Source of the DNA: Caldisericia bacterium | GTDB lineage: Bacteria > Caldisericota > Caldisericia > JAAYUI01 | DNA: 64,000 nt | NCBI GenBank assembly: GCA_963674785.1 | Contig: OY771555.1 | Coordinates: forward strand, 192,001 to 256,000 | Reading direction: 5' to 3' | Shown: positions 48,524 through 57,833 of the stretch, piece after piece | Position numbering within the stretch: position 1 is the first letter of the stretch | How the letters are laid out: every line of letters starts with the position of its first letter | The notes under the pieces: generated by a model | Databases searched by the model: none | The model's input: only the letters and a program-made list of their open reading frames with translations | What the model was told of the DNA's origin: nothing | Program-made: the position numbers and the translations under genes

Positions 48524-50751
48524 AAAGTATCTGGTTTTTTCTCAAGAAAAACCCTTTATTACTTGCAATTGTCTTTCTTCTCTTAACACAATCGCTATTT
48601 GTATTTGCTGGTACGGGTTCGAGTTGGAATAGCTACAGAAAAGATTGTGGGAATAGCGGAGTTGCCGATCCGCCAATTACTCCCCCATTGAAACTTTTCT
48701 GGAAGCAGAACGTTGGTACAAATTTCAAGAACGAGATAGTTGAACACAACGATCTAGTATTCGTTTGCTCCGACACACTAAAGGTTTACGAATCAGACGG
48801 GGACTTTTACTGGGAGTTCAAAACAGACACCCCTGTCACAACAACCGCGTTTGCAACAGATAATACGGTCATCATTGGTTGCGAAGACGGAAGGATTATA
48901 GGAGTAGATATTTCAACGCATTTGGCATCATGGGAGATTGAAAGCAATGGAAAAATTGCACAGGGAATTTGTGGTGCTGATGATTATTGTTACATTGCCA
49001 ACTCAGCTGGAACTCTATTGAAACTTGTCCCTGATACTGGAAAAAAAGTATTTCAGACAATGCTTGATGCTCCCTTATCGTTCGGACCTGTTTTGTCAGA
49101 ACATGGTCTCATTATTGGAGATGATGATGGGAACCTCTACGGTTTAAATTCTGAGGATGGGTCAAGTCGATGGAAAAGTCCCATCGCAGGATCGAGAATT
49201 GGGGGAATTTTACTTCATGAAAACAAGGTTTTTTTCGGAAGCTACGACAATAAGGTTTATTGTGTAGAAACCGAGAACGGTGAGAAACTCTGGGAAACTC
49301 GCGTCAATGGATGGATTGAAAAAACTCCAGTGGTAGTAAGAGACAAGCTCTTTGTGAAAATCAGAGAGACAATGCTAACTTCTTTTAATCCTGAAACTGG
49401 AGAAAATTTGTGGAGCAAAGAAACTCAACCAAGTAGCTCAGAACTTCTTGTTTGTGACGATATAATCTACTTTGGAGACAACAGGAGACTAAGCTCGATT
49501 TCTAGTTCATACATAATCCAACAGTATTTTGAGTTTTCTGAAGAGCAGATAACCTCAATATCTCTGATTGGCAACAAGATCTATCTTGGTCTATCTGTTG
49601 GCTTTTCTGATATTGGAAGAATTGCATGTATGATTCCAGACGGCTCGATAAGAGTAAATCCTCAGGTTGTTGAAGAAACAGTTAGCACAACAGATGAAAA
49701 CCCTGAGATCACGATAACTGTTACAAACACAAAAGATGATATTTGGGACAGAAAAGTCGAGATCGGCTTACTCACTGAACAAAAATGGCTTACAATTGAC
49801 AAACCAACATTCACACTCGAGGGCGGACAAAGTCAGACCATTAAGATTAGTATCAACCCTTTCTTCCCAGGCATAGTAGGAAAAAACAACGCAAAAATAT
49901 CAATAATACAGGTTTCAAAAAAACCAAGACATATAAGACCAGAGGATGAGACCTCAATTGATGACAATAAGGCAAATGAATATGTTATCGAATTACCCCT
50001 TGTAATCACAATTGATGACCCAATTGCACCAAAGCTTTGCATGGACATAAATGATGTTGATCTTGGATATGTCTCTACATACGGATATCAAAGAATACCA
50101 ATTCAACTCTCAAATTGTGGCGGAAGGACACTTGAGCTTACTCTTACGCCAATCGCTTACCCAAGATGGCTTACAGTTTCACACAGCAAAATAAGTATTG
50201 AGCCTGGAGAGACTGCCAAAGTGTACATTGGTGTGACTGGGTCAAAAACAGAACCCGAAGCCGGATACAAATGTGACTTCCAAGGTGCCTTAAAAGTTGA
50301 AACAAACACAGGTGAGGTAAACACAATTCTTTGTAAAACAAGGTGTCTTGGGATCCCACTCCCCACAACAATCTCGCTAAAAATTGGTTCAGCCGATGTC
50401 ATCATGAATAGCGTTTCGAAAACCTTTGAACCTCCATCATACATCAATGATGGAAGAACGATGGTACCATTACGACTTATAGCCGAGGCATTTTTCACAT
50501 CCGTTGACTGGGATGGAAACACAAAAACAATTACTATAAGAGGATGTGATACTGTTGTTAACTTCAAGGTTGGAGATGTTTCTGTGCATCTTTTGGATGA
50601 AAATGGTGAACAAACAATTCAGATTGACACACCACCTGAGATAAAAGATGGAAGAACATTCATTCCTATCAGAGCGGTATCAGACATTCTTGGTGGTAAT
50701 ATTTCTTGGGATGGTCCAACAAAAACCGTTGGGATAGTATACAATCCATAA
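48520..50751 (+). CDS. Secreted PQQ-like propeller + BACON/Ig + stalk protein (probable CTG start)
   Basis: The frame extends upstream of the tracked 48688 through WNSYRKDCGNSG and a signal peptide to CTG 48520, which overlaps the upstream TGA and follows GGAAGGGA. Confidence 0.8.
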   Translation: MKSIWFFLKKNPLLLAIVFLLLTQSLFVFAGTGSSWNSYRKDCGNSGVADPPITPPLKLFWKQNVGTNFKNEIVEHNDLVFVCSDTLKVYESDGDFYWEFKTDTPVTTTAFATDNTVIIGCEDGRIIGVDISTHLASWEIESNGKIAQGICGADDYCYIANSAGTLLKLVPDTGKKVFQTMLDAPLSFGPVLSEHGLIIGDDDGNLYGLNSEDGSSRWKSPIAGSRIGGILLHENKVFFGSYDNKVYCVETENGEKLWETRVNGWIEKTPVVVRDKLFVKIRETMLTSFNPETGENLWSKETQPSSSELLVCDDIIYFGDNRRLSSISSSYIIQQYFEFSEEQITSISLIGNKIYLGLSVGFSDIGRIACMIPDGSIRVNPQVVEETVSTTDENPEITITVTNTKDDIWDRKVEIGLLTEQKWLTIDKPTFTLEGGQSQTIKISINPFFPGIVGKNNAKISIIQVSKKPRHIRPEDETSIDDNKANEYVIELPLVITIDDPIAPKLCMDINDVDLGYVSTYGYQRIPIQLSNCGGRTLELTLTPIAYPRWLTVSHSKISIEPGETAKVYIGVTGSKTEPEAGYKCDFQGALKVETNTGEVNTILCKTRCLGIPLPTTISLKIGSADVIMNSVSKTFEPPSYINDGRTMVPLRLIAEAFFTSVDWDGNTKTITIRGCDTVVNFKVGDVSVHLLDENGEQTIQIDTPPEIKDGRTFIPIRAVSDILGGNISWDGPTKTVGIVYNP

Positions 50752-50754
50752 ATC

Positions 50755-52965
50755 ATGTCTGATTCAAAAAAACATCTAAAATTCATCGGGATAGTTCAAG
50801 GTGTTGGATTCAGACCTTTTGTCTATAGAATCGCCAAAGAAAACAATCTTTCAGGATGGGTTCGGAATATTGGAGATGGTGTTGAAGTTCTATTTTCCGG
50901 CGAACAAGGCAGAATCTCTAGAGCAATTCACCAAATAAAATTCGAAAACCCACCACTCGCAAGGGTTGATCAAGTCATTGAGCTAGATGAAGTTCCCACC
51001 GAAAACCCTATTGATTTCAATATCTTAAAATCGCCTGATGATACACCATCTGCCATCCTTGTTCCACCTGATATTGCTATCTGTGATGATTGTAAAAGGG
51101 AGCTTCTCGACCCAGAAAACCCAAGGTATAGGCATCCACTTATTTCCTGCACAAACTGCGGACCTCGAATGTCTATCCTTAAAGACCTTCCTTATGACAG
51201 GCACACTATAACACAAGGTGAATTTGAGCTTTGTGAATTCTGCAAAGATGAGTATTCAAACCCAGAAAACAGACGTTATCACGCCCAAACAATCGCCTGC
51301 AATGAATGCGGACCAAAATATTCTTTTGGTGACCTGAAGGATTATGATGCAATTGCTAAAATCAAGGAATTGATTCTAGCAGGAAGCATTGTAGCTATTA
51401 AAGGCATCGGAGGATACCACCTCGCTTGTCTTGCAAAAGATTTTGATGCAGTAGAAAAACTCAGGGAACTCAAAAAACGCGGGGACGAACCTCTTGCTGT
51501 AATGGTTGCAAGCATAGAGGCCGTAAAAAATATTGCAGAAATATCTGAGGTAGAGGAAAAACTTCTGGCCTCTTGGCAAGCACCAATTGTTCTTCTTAAA
51601 AAATCTAAGGATTACAATCTTTCTGAAAATATAGCACCTGACACAGACAAAATTGGAGTATTTCTCCCATATACCCCTCTTCATATGCTTCTTATGGAAA
51701 ACATGCCACCGATTGTCCTGACATCTGCCAACCTTCATGATGAACCAATTGCATCATCCAAAGAGAAGGTAGTTAAAGGAATTCCAATTCTCTCAAACAA
51801 CAGAGTCATTTCTCATCCAATCGATGATTCGGTTTGCGATGTGATATTTGATAAGGCGAGAGTTCTGAGACGTGCAAGGGGATTTGTCCCTGAAACAATT
51901 CCACTCAAAACAAAAAAACCGGTGCTTGCTCTCGGTCCTCAGATGAAATCAACTTTCTGTTTTGCTTGGAATGATCAAGCATTAGTTTCTCAACACATTG
52001 GGGAACTCAGCAACCCTCACACATTCGAAAGATATTCGGATACTCTTAAATCCTTCCGAAAACTCTTTGGTTTTAAAGAAGAAGTGGTTGCATACGACAT
52101 GCACCCCGGATACACAAATACAATCCACAAAAATGAATTAACAAATATAACTGATTTTATCCCCGTTCAACACCACCATGCACACATTGTCTCGGTTATG
52201 GCTGAGTATGACCTTCATGAACCAGTAATTGGAATCTCTGCAGATGGCATCGGATATGGCACAGACGGAACAATCTGGGGTTTTGAGTTCCTCGTATCAA
52301 GTCGATCAGAATTTGTAAGGGCAGGACACCTAAAGCCATTCAAGCTTCCGGGCGGAGATGCCGCAGTCAAGGATGCTGGAAGAATCGCTTATTCACTGCT
52401 TTCAGAGATCGGACTTCAAGACAAAGCTGGGATCGAAGATAACCTAGCCGGTACAATTCCAATAATGCTTGAAAAGAATATCAATTCCCCTACCACTTCA
52501 TCACTTGGCAGACTTTTTGATGCCTTCTCATACCTTGCAGGGCTCGGAAGATATTCATCATTTGAAGCACAACTTGCCATAAAACTTGAATCAAAATTTG
52601 ACAAATCACACCCAACATTACAATTCCCGTTAACAGACATGGGAGACCATTTTGAAGTTGACTGGCGACTTGCACTAACAAATGCATTGAGCTTCCCAGA
52701 AGGAATCCCTGGTGGATTCCACAAAGGAATTGTCATGGCAATAATAAATGGGGTAAGGATTCTTAGAGATAAAACTGGAATCAGGAAAGTTGCTCTTTCT
52801 GGCGGATGTTTTGCAAACAAAGTATTGACAAACATGGTTTTTTCGGCATTGACCAAGATGGGATTTATTGTATACATTAACCACAAATTTCCACCAGGAG
52901 ATGGAAATGTGAGCCTCGGACAAGCAGTCATTGCAACCGAGATTTTGAAAAAAAGAAGTAACTAG
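50755..52965 (+). CDS. hypF: Hydrogenase maturation carbamoyltransferase
   Basis: GIVQGVGFRPFVY, two Zn fingers, KGIGGYHLAC, QHHHAH, DGIGYG and GDGNVSLGQ motifs. Confidence 0.97.
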   Translation: MSDSKKHLKFIGIVQGVGFRPFVYRIAKENNLSGWVRNIGDGVEVLFSGEQGRISRAIHQIKFENPPLARVDQVIELDEVPTENPIDFNILKSPDDTPSAILVPPDIAICDDCKRELLDPENPRYRHPLISCTNCGPRMSILKDLPYDRHTITQGEFELCEFCKDEYSNPENRRYHAQTIACNECGPKYSFGDLKDYDAIAKIKELILAGSIVAIKGIGGYHLACLAKDFDAVEKLRELKKRGDEPLAVMVASIEAVKNIAEISEVEEKLLASWQAPIVLLKKSKDYNLSENIAPDTDKIGVFLPYTPLHMLLMENMPPIVLTSANLHDEPIASSKEKVVKGIPILSNNRVISHPIDDSVCDVIFDKARVLRRARGFVPETIPLKTKKPVLALGPQMKSTFCFAWNDQALVSQHIGELSNPHTFERYSDTLKSFRKLFGFKEEVVAYDMHPGYTNTIHKNELTNITDFIPVQHHHAHIVSVMAEYDLHEPVIGISADGIGYGTDGTIWGFEFLVSSRSEFVRAGHLKPFKLPGGDAAVKDAGRIAYSLLSEIGLQDKAGIEDNLAGTIPIMLEKNINSPTTSSLGRLFDAFSYLAGLGRYSSFEAQLAIKLESKFDKSHPTLQFPLTDMGDHFEVDWRLALTNALSFPEGIPGGFHKGIVMAIINGVRILRDKTGIRKVALSGGCFANKVLTNMVFSALTKMGFIVYINHKFPPGDGNVSLGQAVIATEILKKRSN

Positions 52966-52977
52966 GAGGAAATCAAG

Positions 52978-53214
52978 ATGTGTCTTGCAATTCCTGCAAA
53001 ACTTATAGAAATAAATGGAGCAAACGGTGTTGTTGATATGGGTGGCGTAAAGCGCGAAACCCGACTCGACATGGTACCAGATGCAAAACTTGGGGACTTT
53101 GTGCTTCTTCACACAGGGTTTGCAATCGAGATTGTTGAGGAGCAGACAGCAAAAGAGATGCTTGAGACAATCGCTAAGGCGTTTGGCACCGAAAGAGCGG
53201 AAGAACAAAGATAA
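52978..53214 (+). CDS. hypC: Hydrogenase assembly chaperone
   Basis: MCLAIP...GDFVLLHTGFAI. Confidence 0.97.
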   Translation: MCLAIPAKLIEINGANGVVDMGGVKRETRLDMVPDAKLGDFVLLHTGFAIEIVEEQTAKEMLETIAKAFGTERAEEQR

Positions 53215-53218
53215 AAAG

Positions 53219-54292
53219 ATGCCTGATCAAAACAAGCAAATAGCAAGGCAGCTAGCTGAAAAAATAAGGGCAAACGTTACACACCCCATGACAATCATGG
53301 AGGTTTGCGGCACACACACTCACGCACTTTTTGCCCACGGCATCCGCTCCATAATCCCACCAGAACTTAATCTTATCTCTGGCCCCGGTTGTCCTGTGTG
53401 TGTTACATCGCAACATGACATCGACATCATGATTAAACTCGCGTCAGTCCCTACTCTCACAATCTGCACATTTGGTGACATGATGCGTGTTCCTGGCACA
53501 AAAGGATCATTACTTACCGAACGAGCAAATGGTACAGATATACGTGTTATGTATTCACCATTTGATGTTATCTCCTGGGCTGAGGCAGATCCTTCAAGAG
53601 AGTTTGTTCTCATAGGAATTGGATTTGAAACCACAATCCCAAGTTTTGGGGCAACAATCAAAGCAGCGAAAGAAAAAGGTATTAAAAATCTTTCAATCCT
53701 CTCGCTTCACAAATCAGTTGTTGATGCCCTTGAGCCACTTGCAACAATTCCGGGAGTAAGTGTTGATGGACTCATTCTGCCTGGACATGTCGTCACAATT
53801 ACTGGAATCGAACCATTCAAAATCCTTGAGACAGAGTTTGGAACAGCATCAGTTGTCACAGGTTTTGAGGCAATTGACATGATTGCATCCATCGAGTACT
53901 TGACCAGAATGATCCACGATAAAACCCCAAAGGTACTCAATCAGTACACAAGGGTTGTCAAAAACGAGGGCAACAGGATTGCTCAAGAAATCATAAAAGA
54001 AGTCTTCACACCGTGTGACTCAAACTGGCGCGGGATGGGAAACCTCCCAGGAACAGGTCTCACCCTTAGCAAAGAGTATGAGGATTTTGATGTACTCAAA
54101 AGACACAAGGTTGAAATGGAAGAATCAAAGGAACCACCAGGGTGTATCTGCGGTCAAGTCATCACAGGTTCAGCAAAACCTACCGAATGTCCCCTCTTTG
54201 CTAAGGTTTGCACCCCAGCAAACCCAGTCGGCCCCTGCATGGTTTCGGGTGAAGGGTCGTGTAGTGCGTATTATAAATATAGCAGGATATAA
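53219..54292 (+). CDS. hypD: Hydrogenase formation protein
   Basis: MEVCGTHT, SGPGCPVCV, GFETT, PGHV and GPCMVSGEGSC motifs. Confidence 0.97.
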   Translation: MPDQNKQIARQLAEKIRANVTHPMTIMEVCGTHTHALFAHGIRSIIPPELNLISGPGCPVCVTSQHDIDIMIKLASVPTLTICTFGDMMRVPGTKGSLLTERANGTDIRVMYSPFDVISWAEADPSREFVLIGIGFETTIPSFGATIKAAKEKGIKNLSILSLHKSVVDALEPLATIPGVSVDGLILPGHVVTITGIEPFKILETEFGTASVVTGFEAIDMIASIEYLTRMIHDKTPKVLNQYTRVVKNEGNRIAQEIIKEVFTPCDSNWRGMGNLPGTGLTLSKEYEDFDVLKRHKVEMEESKEPPGCICGQVITGSAKPTECPLFAKVCTPANPVGPCMVSGEGSCSAYYKYSRI

Positions 54293-54300
54293 CTACTCTT

Positions 54301-54861
54301 TTATTTTTTGAACAATACAAAAGAATCCAGGAAATCTGTCACGATTTCGATATGCGAAGCATCATTTGCATTATACCCAATTTCTATCTCGACAACATCG
54401 CCATTACACAAAAAAACGATTTCATTAGAAATACGCTTCTTTGTTTTAACGGAAAAGGACTGAAACAGATATCCATCAACTTTTCCAAAACTAAATGGGC
54501 TGATTTCTCTTTCAATCCATTCATCAGAAACCAGATTGATTTCCTCCCACAAGTCAAAAGAAATATTTGAGACCTTAATATGAAAATCTGGATAACTATA
54601 AAAATATCCACCCCAGGCTGTCGGCTTGGAGATTCTAACCTTGCTTTCTGATACAATTGGCTCAGGATAAGTCAAAGGAAAATTAAAACCAAAATCCCCA
54701 TTAATAACCGCAACCCTTTTCCCAAAAAAGGAGAAGTCGTACATATAAAAAAATGGGGGATCGCTCGACTCATCGATTTGATTAGTACATCCAAAAATTC
54801 CAACAAACAAAGCGAAAGCCAGACTATAACTTAGGATCAGCAACCCCAGTCTTTTCATCAA
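54301..54861 (-). CDS. Hypothetical lipoprotein
   Basis: Lipobox IFGC after a hydrophobic leader. Confidence 0.6.
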   Translation of the reverse strand: MMKRLGLLILSYSLAFALFVGIFGCTNQIDESSDPPFFYMYDFSFFGKRVAVINGDFGFNFPLTYPEPIVSESKVRISKPTAWGGYFYSYPDFHIKVSNISFDLWEEINLVSDEWIEREISPFSFGKVDGYLFQSFSVKTKKRISNEIVFLCNGDVVEIEIGYNANDASHIEIVTDFLDSFVLFKK

Positions 54862-54862
54862 C

Positions 54863-55549
54863 TTACTCTTTCAACTCATTCCAAAGCTTTAAAAATTCTG
54901 CACTCTTTTGTTTTGCAAAAGCTGGATCCCTCAGAATTAACGAGAAACCTTCTCGCTCCTTCAGCCCTTCAAAACTAAAATCATGAGTACCAATAATCAC
55001 ATATTTATCATCGATAACAGTAAAGAAGTTTTTTACATCTCTACATTCTTTGTGTTCAATCCCGTTTAAAACACTTCTCACATCATAATCACAAAATAAA
55101 CTCTCAGAAATAACCTTCACATCGACATTGTTTTTCGTTGTATATCTGAATGCAACATCAAAATCACTTGTAAAATCATCAATATCCAAGGCTCTCTGTA
55201 AAATGTAAATGCTTTTGTCTGCACCCATAATCGCACTTACTAATTCATCTTCAAGTTCTTCGTTTCGGCAAACAATGGGATATTCGTCCCTATCCTCAAT
55301 ATGGACTGTTTTTGTTTCAGCGTTCCAATCCACATCATACCCAAACACTTCGGAGATAAACCTCACAGGAACCATTGTTCTTCCGTCAATAATGACTGGT
55401 GGTGAGTCAAGACCAATCTCCTCACCATTTACAAATGCTTTTGAACTCCCAATTGTAAGGTCAATCCCAGAATTTGAACCCATCACCAAAAATGGAAAAC
55501 ATAGAATTGATACAACAATTAAAGTTAGAACAGATTTTGACTTATACAT
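54863..55549 (-). CDS. Stalk domain + degenerate phospholipase D-like domain protein
   Basis: GRTMVPVRFISEVFGYDVDW; IMGADKSIYI...VDVKVI...FTVIDDKYVIIGTHDF. Confidence 0.75.
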   Translation of the reverse strand: MYKSKSVLTLIVVSILCFPFLVMGSNSGIDLTIGSSKAFVNGEEIGLDSPPVIIDGRTMVPVRFISEVFGYDVDWNAETKTVHIEDRDEYPIVCRNEELEDELVSAIMGADKSIYILQRALDIDDFTSDFDVAFRYTTKNNVDVKVISESLFCDYDVRSVLNGIEHKECRDVKNFFTVIDDKYVIIGTHDFSFEGLKEREGFSLILRDPAFAKQKSAEFLKLWNELKE

Positions 55550-55682
55550 ACACCCTCCTTCAAATTAAAGATCACACATCCCTTTTCCAACAACAAAAAC
55601 AATAAAAACTAATAATTATTATTCTCTAGGATGTGTTCTCTACAATTAATTTGCATTTAGAGATTGGGTTCGATATTTAACC

Positions 55683-57770
55683 TTATGGAGTATATGTAAG
55701 TATTATCTCCTTAGTTTCTGCTACCCACTCAACCTCACAACCAACGCTTTCTGCAAGGAATCTCATTGGAACCATTGTTCTATCATTGATTATTGTTGGT
55801 ACTACATCTGGGTTGTCTGGATCTATTTGTACTTCTTCCCCGTTTATCTTTGCTGTAGGTTTCCCAATCCAGAATTCGACAGTGGTTTCCCCAAGCGAAC
55901 AAACAACAGCTTTATCTGTTGCGTTCCAAGAGACATCACCACCAAGTGGTTCTGTTACAAATCTTGCGGGGAGGAGGGTGCGACCATTTTGGATTACTGG
56001 TGCAGCATCGATCAGTCTTTCGCTACCATCAATAATATATGACTTTCTGTCTATCTGGAATTCAAGTATCACAGGGTCTAGAACAACTGGTTCAAGGATT
56101 GGGGAAGGGTCTGGATCAGGTTCAGGTGTAGGTTCAGGTTTAGGCTCGGGAGTTGGCTCTGGTTCGGGGATGGGCTCAGGAACAGGCTCGGGTTCTGGAT
56201 CAGGGATGGGTTCAGGTTCTGGTTCATCAGGTACAATATTGTAACATCTAAATCTTGCAATTTTACTATCTTCTTCCAGAGTAATGTCTTCAAGAACAAG
56301 TACACCCCGCCAGTCGACAGCACACACTATAGCATTTTCTGGGTTGTCGTAGTCTGATTTGTTAATCTGCCATTTGATTGATAAGGATTCTGTATCTACT
56401 CCAAATATCTTGTCCTTTGTTTGGATGACAAGTTCATTATCAACAACTTGTACATGTGTTTGTTTTGTGTCAAAAAGTTCAGATGGGATTTCTATGAGTT
56501 CTTTTGGATCTAATCTATCAACTAAGAAGTTGTACTTTTCATTGATATAATCAGGAACTCTTTCTTTTGTATAGTATTCTTTATTTCCATAATCAGGAAA
56601 CTCTTCACAACCTGAACAAAATGTGACTACACGTTTGTCACCTACAAGCGCAATATTTGAGATTATGTATCCTTTGCCAAGAAGTTCTGGGTGGAGTTCA
56701 AATAAATTGACTGATAACCAATAACGGTCTCCCAGTAAACCATCCCACCAATGTTCAGAATTTAAATTCAACACATACCAAGATTCTCCATCCTCGACAT
56801 TTTTATATATCTCAATGTTTCTATCTTTATCAGACAACATCTTTGCACCACACGCAAGACCAAAATGGGTATACGACAAATATCTTGCATCTTTTTTCAG
56901 ATCAAAAAAAAGGAACTCAGTCCACACATTATCATATCCATCATCATCCCTATAGTAACTGTAAGGCCTATACATCCATATATGATATCTTGAGGTATTA
57001 ACTGGTGAATAGAACTCCTCTAAAGGCTTTTCTGCTTTATATGAATAAGACCAATCAACAGCTCCAATTCTTGGGTTTATACATGTTGCTCCATCAATCA
57101 GGTAATATAGCTTTCCATCTCTGAGATCAACTGGAAGATATGGTGCACAATCATGAGTGCCAACTCTACTGTCTTTTATGTGCCAGATAATCTCATCCTT
57201 TGATATGTCATAACATCTGATGTCTGTTTCATATTCATCATTACCATCAAGGTGTGATACTGGTGGGTTACATATTTTTGGCACAGTGTTCAAATAGCTA
57301 TACAATGAAAACTTTGGTGGTAATATTTTATCCCCACCATCTTCAGGGTTTAGAAGGTGATTAGTGTAATTTTCTCCTCTTACAACATCATCTTCATCTG
57401 GTTTTATATTGGGTTCAATGAATAACCATCCTTCTGGTGTGTTGTTAAAGAAAGTATTATTTTGTCTATATTTGTATGGAATGTCTGTTGTCCATTTTTC
57501 GTCTAGTTTTCCAGTAATGTCCAATCCTTCTGGAAACCATTCAACAATGTTTGGGTTTGATGAATCCCCAATTTTGACTAGTTTTGGGTATTCTGATGGT
57601 GGGGTATCGACAAAGACTTCGGTGTCTCCGATCATTCTCTCATAGAAAATGCGAGACTTGGGGCCAGTATTCGGTTGACACACTGAAGATGTCACAAACG
57701 AGTTCCCTGCAACATTTGACGATACTACAAAAACCAGCACAACAGACAACGCAACAAGCACTCTTTTCAT
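55683..57770 (-). CDS. Secreted propeller-like protein with Pro-Glu linker and stalk domain
   Basis: SD GGAGGG plus ATG 57770; signal peptide; (PE)n linker; C-terminal stalk. Confidence 0.8.
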   Translation of the reverse strand: MKRVLVALSVVLVFVVSSNVAGNSFVTSSVCQPNTGPKSRIFYERMIGDTEVFVDTPPSEYPKLVKIGDSSNPNIVEWFPEGLDITGKLDEKWTTDIPYKYRQNNTFFNNTPEGWLFIEPNIKPDEDDVVRGENYTNHLLNPEDGGDKILPPKFSLYSYLNTVPKICNPPVSHLDGNDEYETDIRCYDISKDEIIWHIKDSRVGTHDCAPYLPVDLRDGKLYYLIDGATCINPRIGAVDWSYSYKAEKPLEEFYSPVNTSRYHIWMYRPYSYYRDDDGYDNVWTEFLFFDLKKDARYLSYTHFGLACGAKMLSDKDRNIEIYKNVEDGESWYVLNLNSEHWWDGLLGDRYWLSVNLFELHPELLGKGYIISNIALVGDKRVVTFCSGCEEFPDYGNKEYYTKERVPDYINEKYNFLVDRLDPKELIEIPSELFDTKQTHVQVVDNELVIQTKDKIFGVDTESLSIKWQINKSDYDNPENAIVCAVDWRGVLVLEDITLEEDSKIARFRCYNIVPDEPEPEPIPDPEPEPVPEPIPEPEPTPEPKPEPTPEPDPDPSPILEPVVLDPVILEFQIDRKSYIIDGSERLIDAAPVIQNGRTLLPARFVTEPLGGDVSWNATDKAVVCSLGETTVEFWIGKPTAKINGEEVQIDPDNPDVVPTIINDRTMVPMRFLAESVGCEVEWVAETKEIILTYTP
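56101..56226 (-). repeat. Pro-Glu/Pro-Asp low-complexity linker
   Basis: Encodes EPEPEPIPDPEPEPVPEPIPEPEPTPEPKPEPTPEPDPDPSP. Confidence 0.85.
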
Positions 57771-57833
57771 TGTTCCCTCCACAGAGATTTTACCCACAAT
57801 AAAGGATAACACAAGTTAATTACTGGTGGAGGT

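Noticed and set aside
53081-53218. N-terminal extension of HypD given in the ORF track
   Set aside because: It overlaps hypC in another frame; ATG 53219 gives a normal HypD length.
55786-56244. Gly-Ser repeat ORF on the plus strand
   Set aside because: It is the antisense shadow of the Pro-Glu linker of the minus-strand gene.
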